Made by a program: the position numbers and the translations under genes. Positions 63,989-64,000 of a DNA stretch of 64,000 bases are shown piece by piece (position 1 is the first letter of the stretch; every line of letters begins with the position of its first letter). The stretch covers positions 1 to 64,000 of the IMG/VR virus record IMGVR_UViG_3300030102_006934, one strand, 5' to 3'. Under the pieces are notes generated by a model, which saw only the letters and a list, made by a program, of their open reading frames with translations, was not told where the DNA came from and searched no databases.

Positions 63989-64000
63989 ATTAAAGGTAAG

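Noticed and set aside
1-64000. Stop-codon reassignment (as in some crAss-like and Lak phages)
   Set aside because: Long conserved genes are uninterrupted in code 11, and TAG/TGA end genes at sensible positions (nrdA TAG, 53315 TAG, 56519 TGA).
1-64000. tRNA or rRNA genes
   Set aside because: Intergenic gaps are short and AT-rich; I found no cloverleaf or T-loop (GTTCGA) context.

Overview
This is a 64-kb segment of an AT-rich, large T4-like tailed phage with a contractile-tail baseplate. The host is almost certainly Bacteroidota: early genes carry TTG-N19/20-TAnnTTTG promoters, starts lack Shine-Dalgarno sites, and the phage encodes a Bacteroidota-type sigma70 and SprB-like repeats. Almost all genes are on the + strand in standard code. 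Gene order: tail assembly chaperone with a probable frameshift, tape measure, tube-initiator, gp53-like, hub and amidase genes (1-16.1 kb); replication and nucleotide block with gp32 SSB, UvsX, 5'-3' exonuclease, DnaB-type helicase, NrdB and NrdA (16.1-26.8 kb); baseplate wedge and large Cys-rich tail/fibre genes (26.9-51.3 kb); RuvC, primase, a two-gene minus-strand island, a PD-(D/E)XK nuclease, a rearranged SbcD/SbcC pair and a sigma factor (51.3-60.4 kb); and a membrane/lysis-like module (60.4-64 kb). I saw no tRNA, rRNA, CRISPR array, intein or homing endonuclease. The most striking unexplained items are a minus-strand 'pore-only' MscS-like gene coupled to a GNAT-like gene, a +1/-2 slippery T7 site in the tail chaperone, the SbcD C-terminal part apparently moved onto SbcC with an alveolin-like repeat gene in between, a catalytically degenerate amidase beside an atypical spanin-like pair, and three apparent promoter classes. 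All family assignments come from motif recognition by eye; no searches were run.
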